Source: Azolla caroliniana
Lineage: Eukaryota; Plantae; Polypodiophyta
Direction: 5' to 3'
Assembly (NCBI GenBank): GCA_043228905.1
Contig: JBHGNT010000018.1
Span: 8,184,001-8,248,000, forward strand
DNA length: 64,000 nt
Each line of letters starts with the position of its first letter. The first letter of the stretch is position 1. The notes under the pieces were generated by a model. That model did no database searches and was not told the origin of the DNA. It saw nothing but the letters and a program-made list of their open reading frames with translations. Shown here in pieces: positions 63,601-64,000 of the stretch. The position numbers and the translations under genes were made by a program.

Positions 63601-64000
63601 GAACATGCGGAGTCAGTCCGAAGGATGAAGGAGGCGCTAACCGCGGCACCGACACTTCAGAAAGCGGTTTACAGCAAGGAGGTCTCGATTTACATGATCG
63701 TAGACACGAGCCCAACCAGAATCGGATGGGTGGTCAATCAGGAGGACGAGAGTGGCACAAGGTTCCCCATCTGGTTTGGAGCGAAGGTACTGAGCGAGCG
63801 ACAATGAGGATACACCCAGGTTAAACGCGAACTCTGGGGTATCATTTCAGTAGTCAAGGCCGACAAAGACTATTTGATCAGGACGGAGGTTCTAATCGAG
63901 ACAAACTGCCTACCGATCCTCGGTATGGTGTCCGGATGTGCGACACGGAACCTGGCAATGCTCAGGTGGATTGCATACATTAAGTCCTTGAATCCAGAGA
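60658..64000 (+). mobile_element. Degenerate Ty3/gypsy pol (DUF4100-like, PR, RT, RNase H), runs off window end
   Basis: DLRKVLEERILD...LGIAKEFHD, LLDHGSEINLM, DLYSGYDQF, LPQGGTNS, FLDDIPIKG and VDTSP motifs. Confidence 0.88.
61304..61834 (+). mobile_element. Family B solo LTR
   Basis: TSD GAAAA (61299-303, 61835-39). The host gypsy frame WK|ICATTRA rejoins across it. Confidence 0.88.

Overview
Eukaryotic plant DNA, probably a non-seed land plant such as a moss (inferred from the retroelement content). There are two host genes in head-to-head orientation. One is a spliced gene for an uncharacterised plant protein (minus strand, ATG 1814, running off the left edge). The other is a two-exon calmodulin (plus strand, 50810-52488). 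Between them lies about 47 kb of nested retroelements: six copies of one Ty1/copia family ('A', a seventh at 58.7 kb), pieces of two other copia families, a gypsy fragment with an extra ORF after pol, and a probable DNA-transposon fragment. The youngest layer is an intact chromodomain Ty3/gypsy element (36810-43831) with apparently identical 455-bp LTRs, a CAGCT TSD and one open 1477-aa ORF. The main oddities are: non-canonical TG...TA LTR ends and a hairpin-repeat leader in that gypsy; duplicated polypurine tracts in three families; a stem-loop enclosing the PPT in two copia families with different sequences; and an in-frame tail after RNase H carrying a conserved TWSDVVKG motif. All calls were made by eye and no searches were run.
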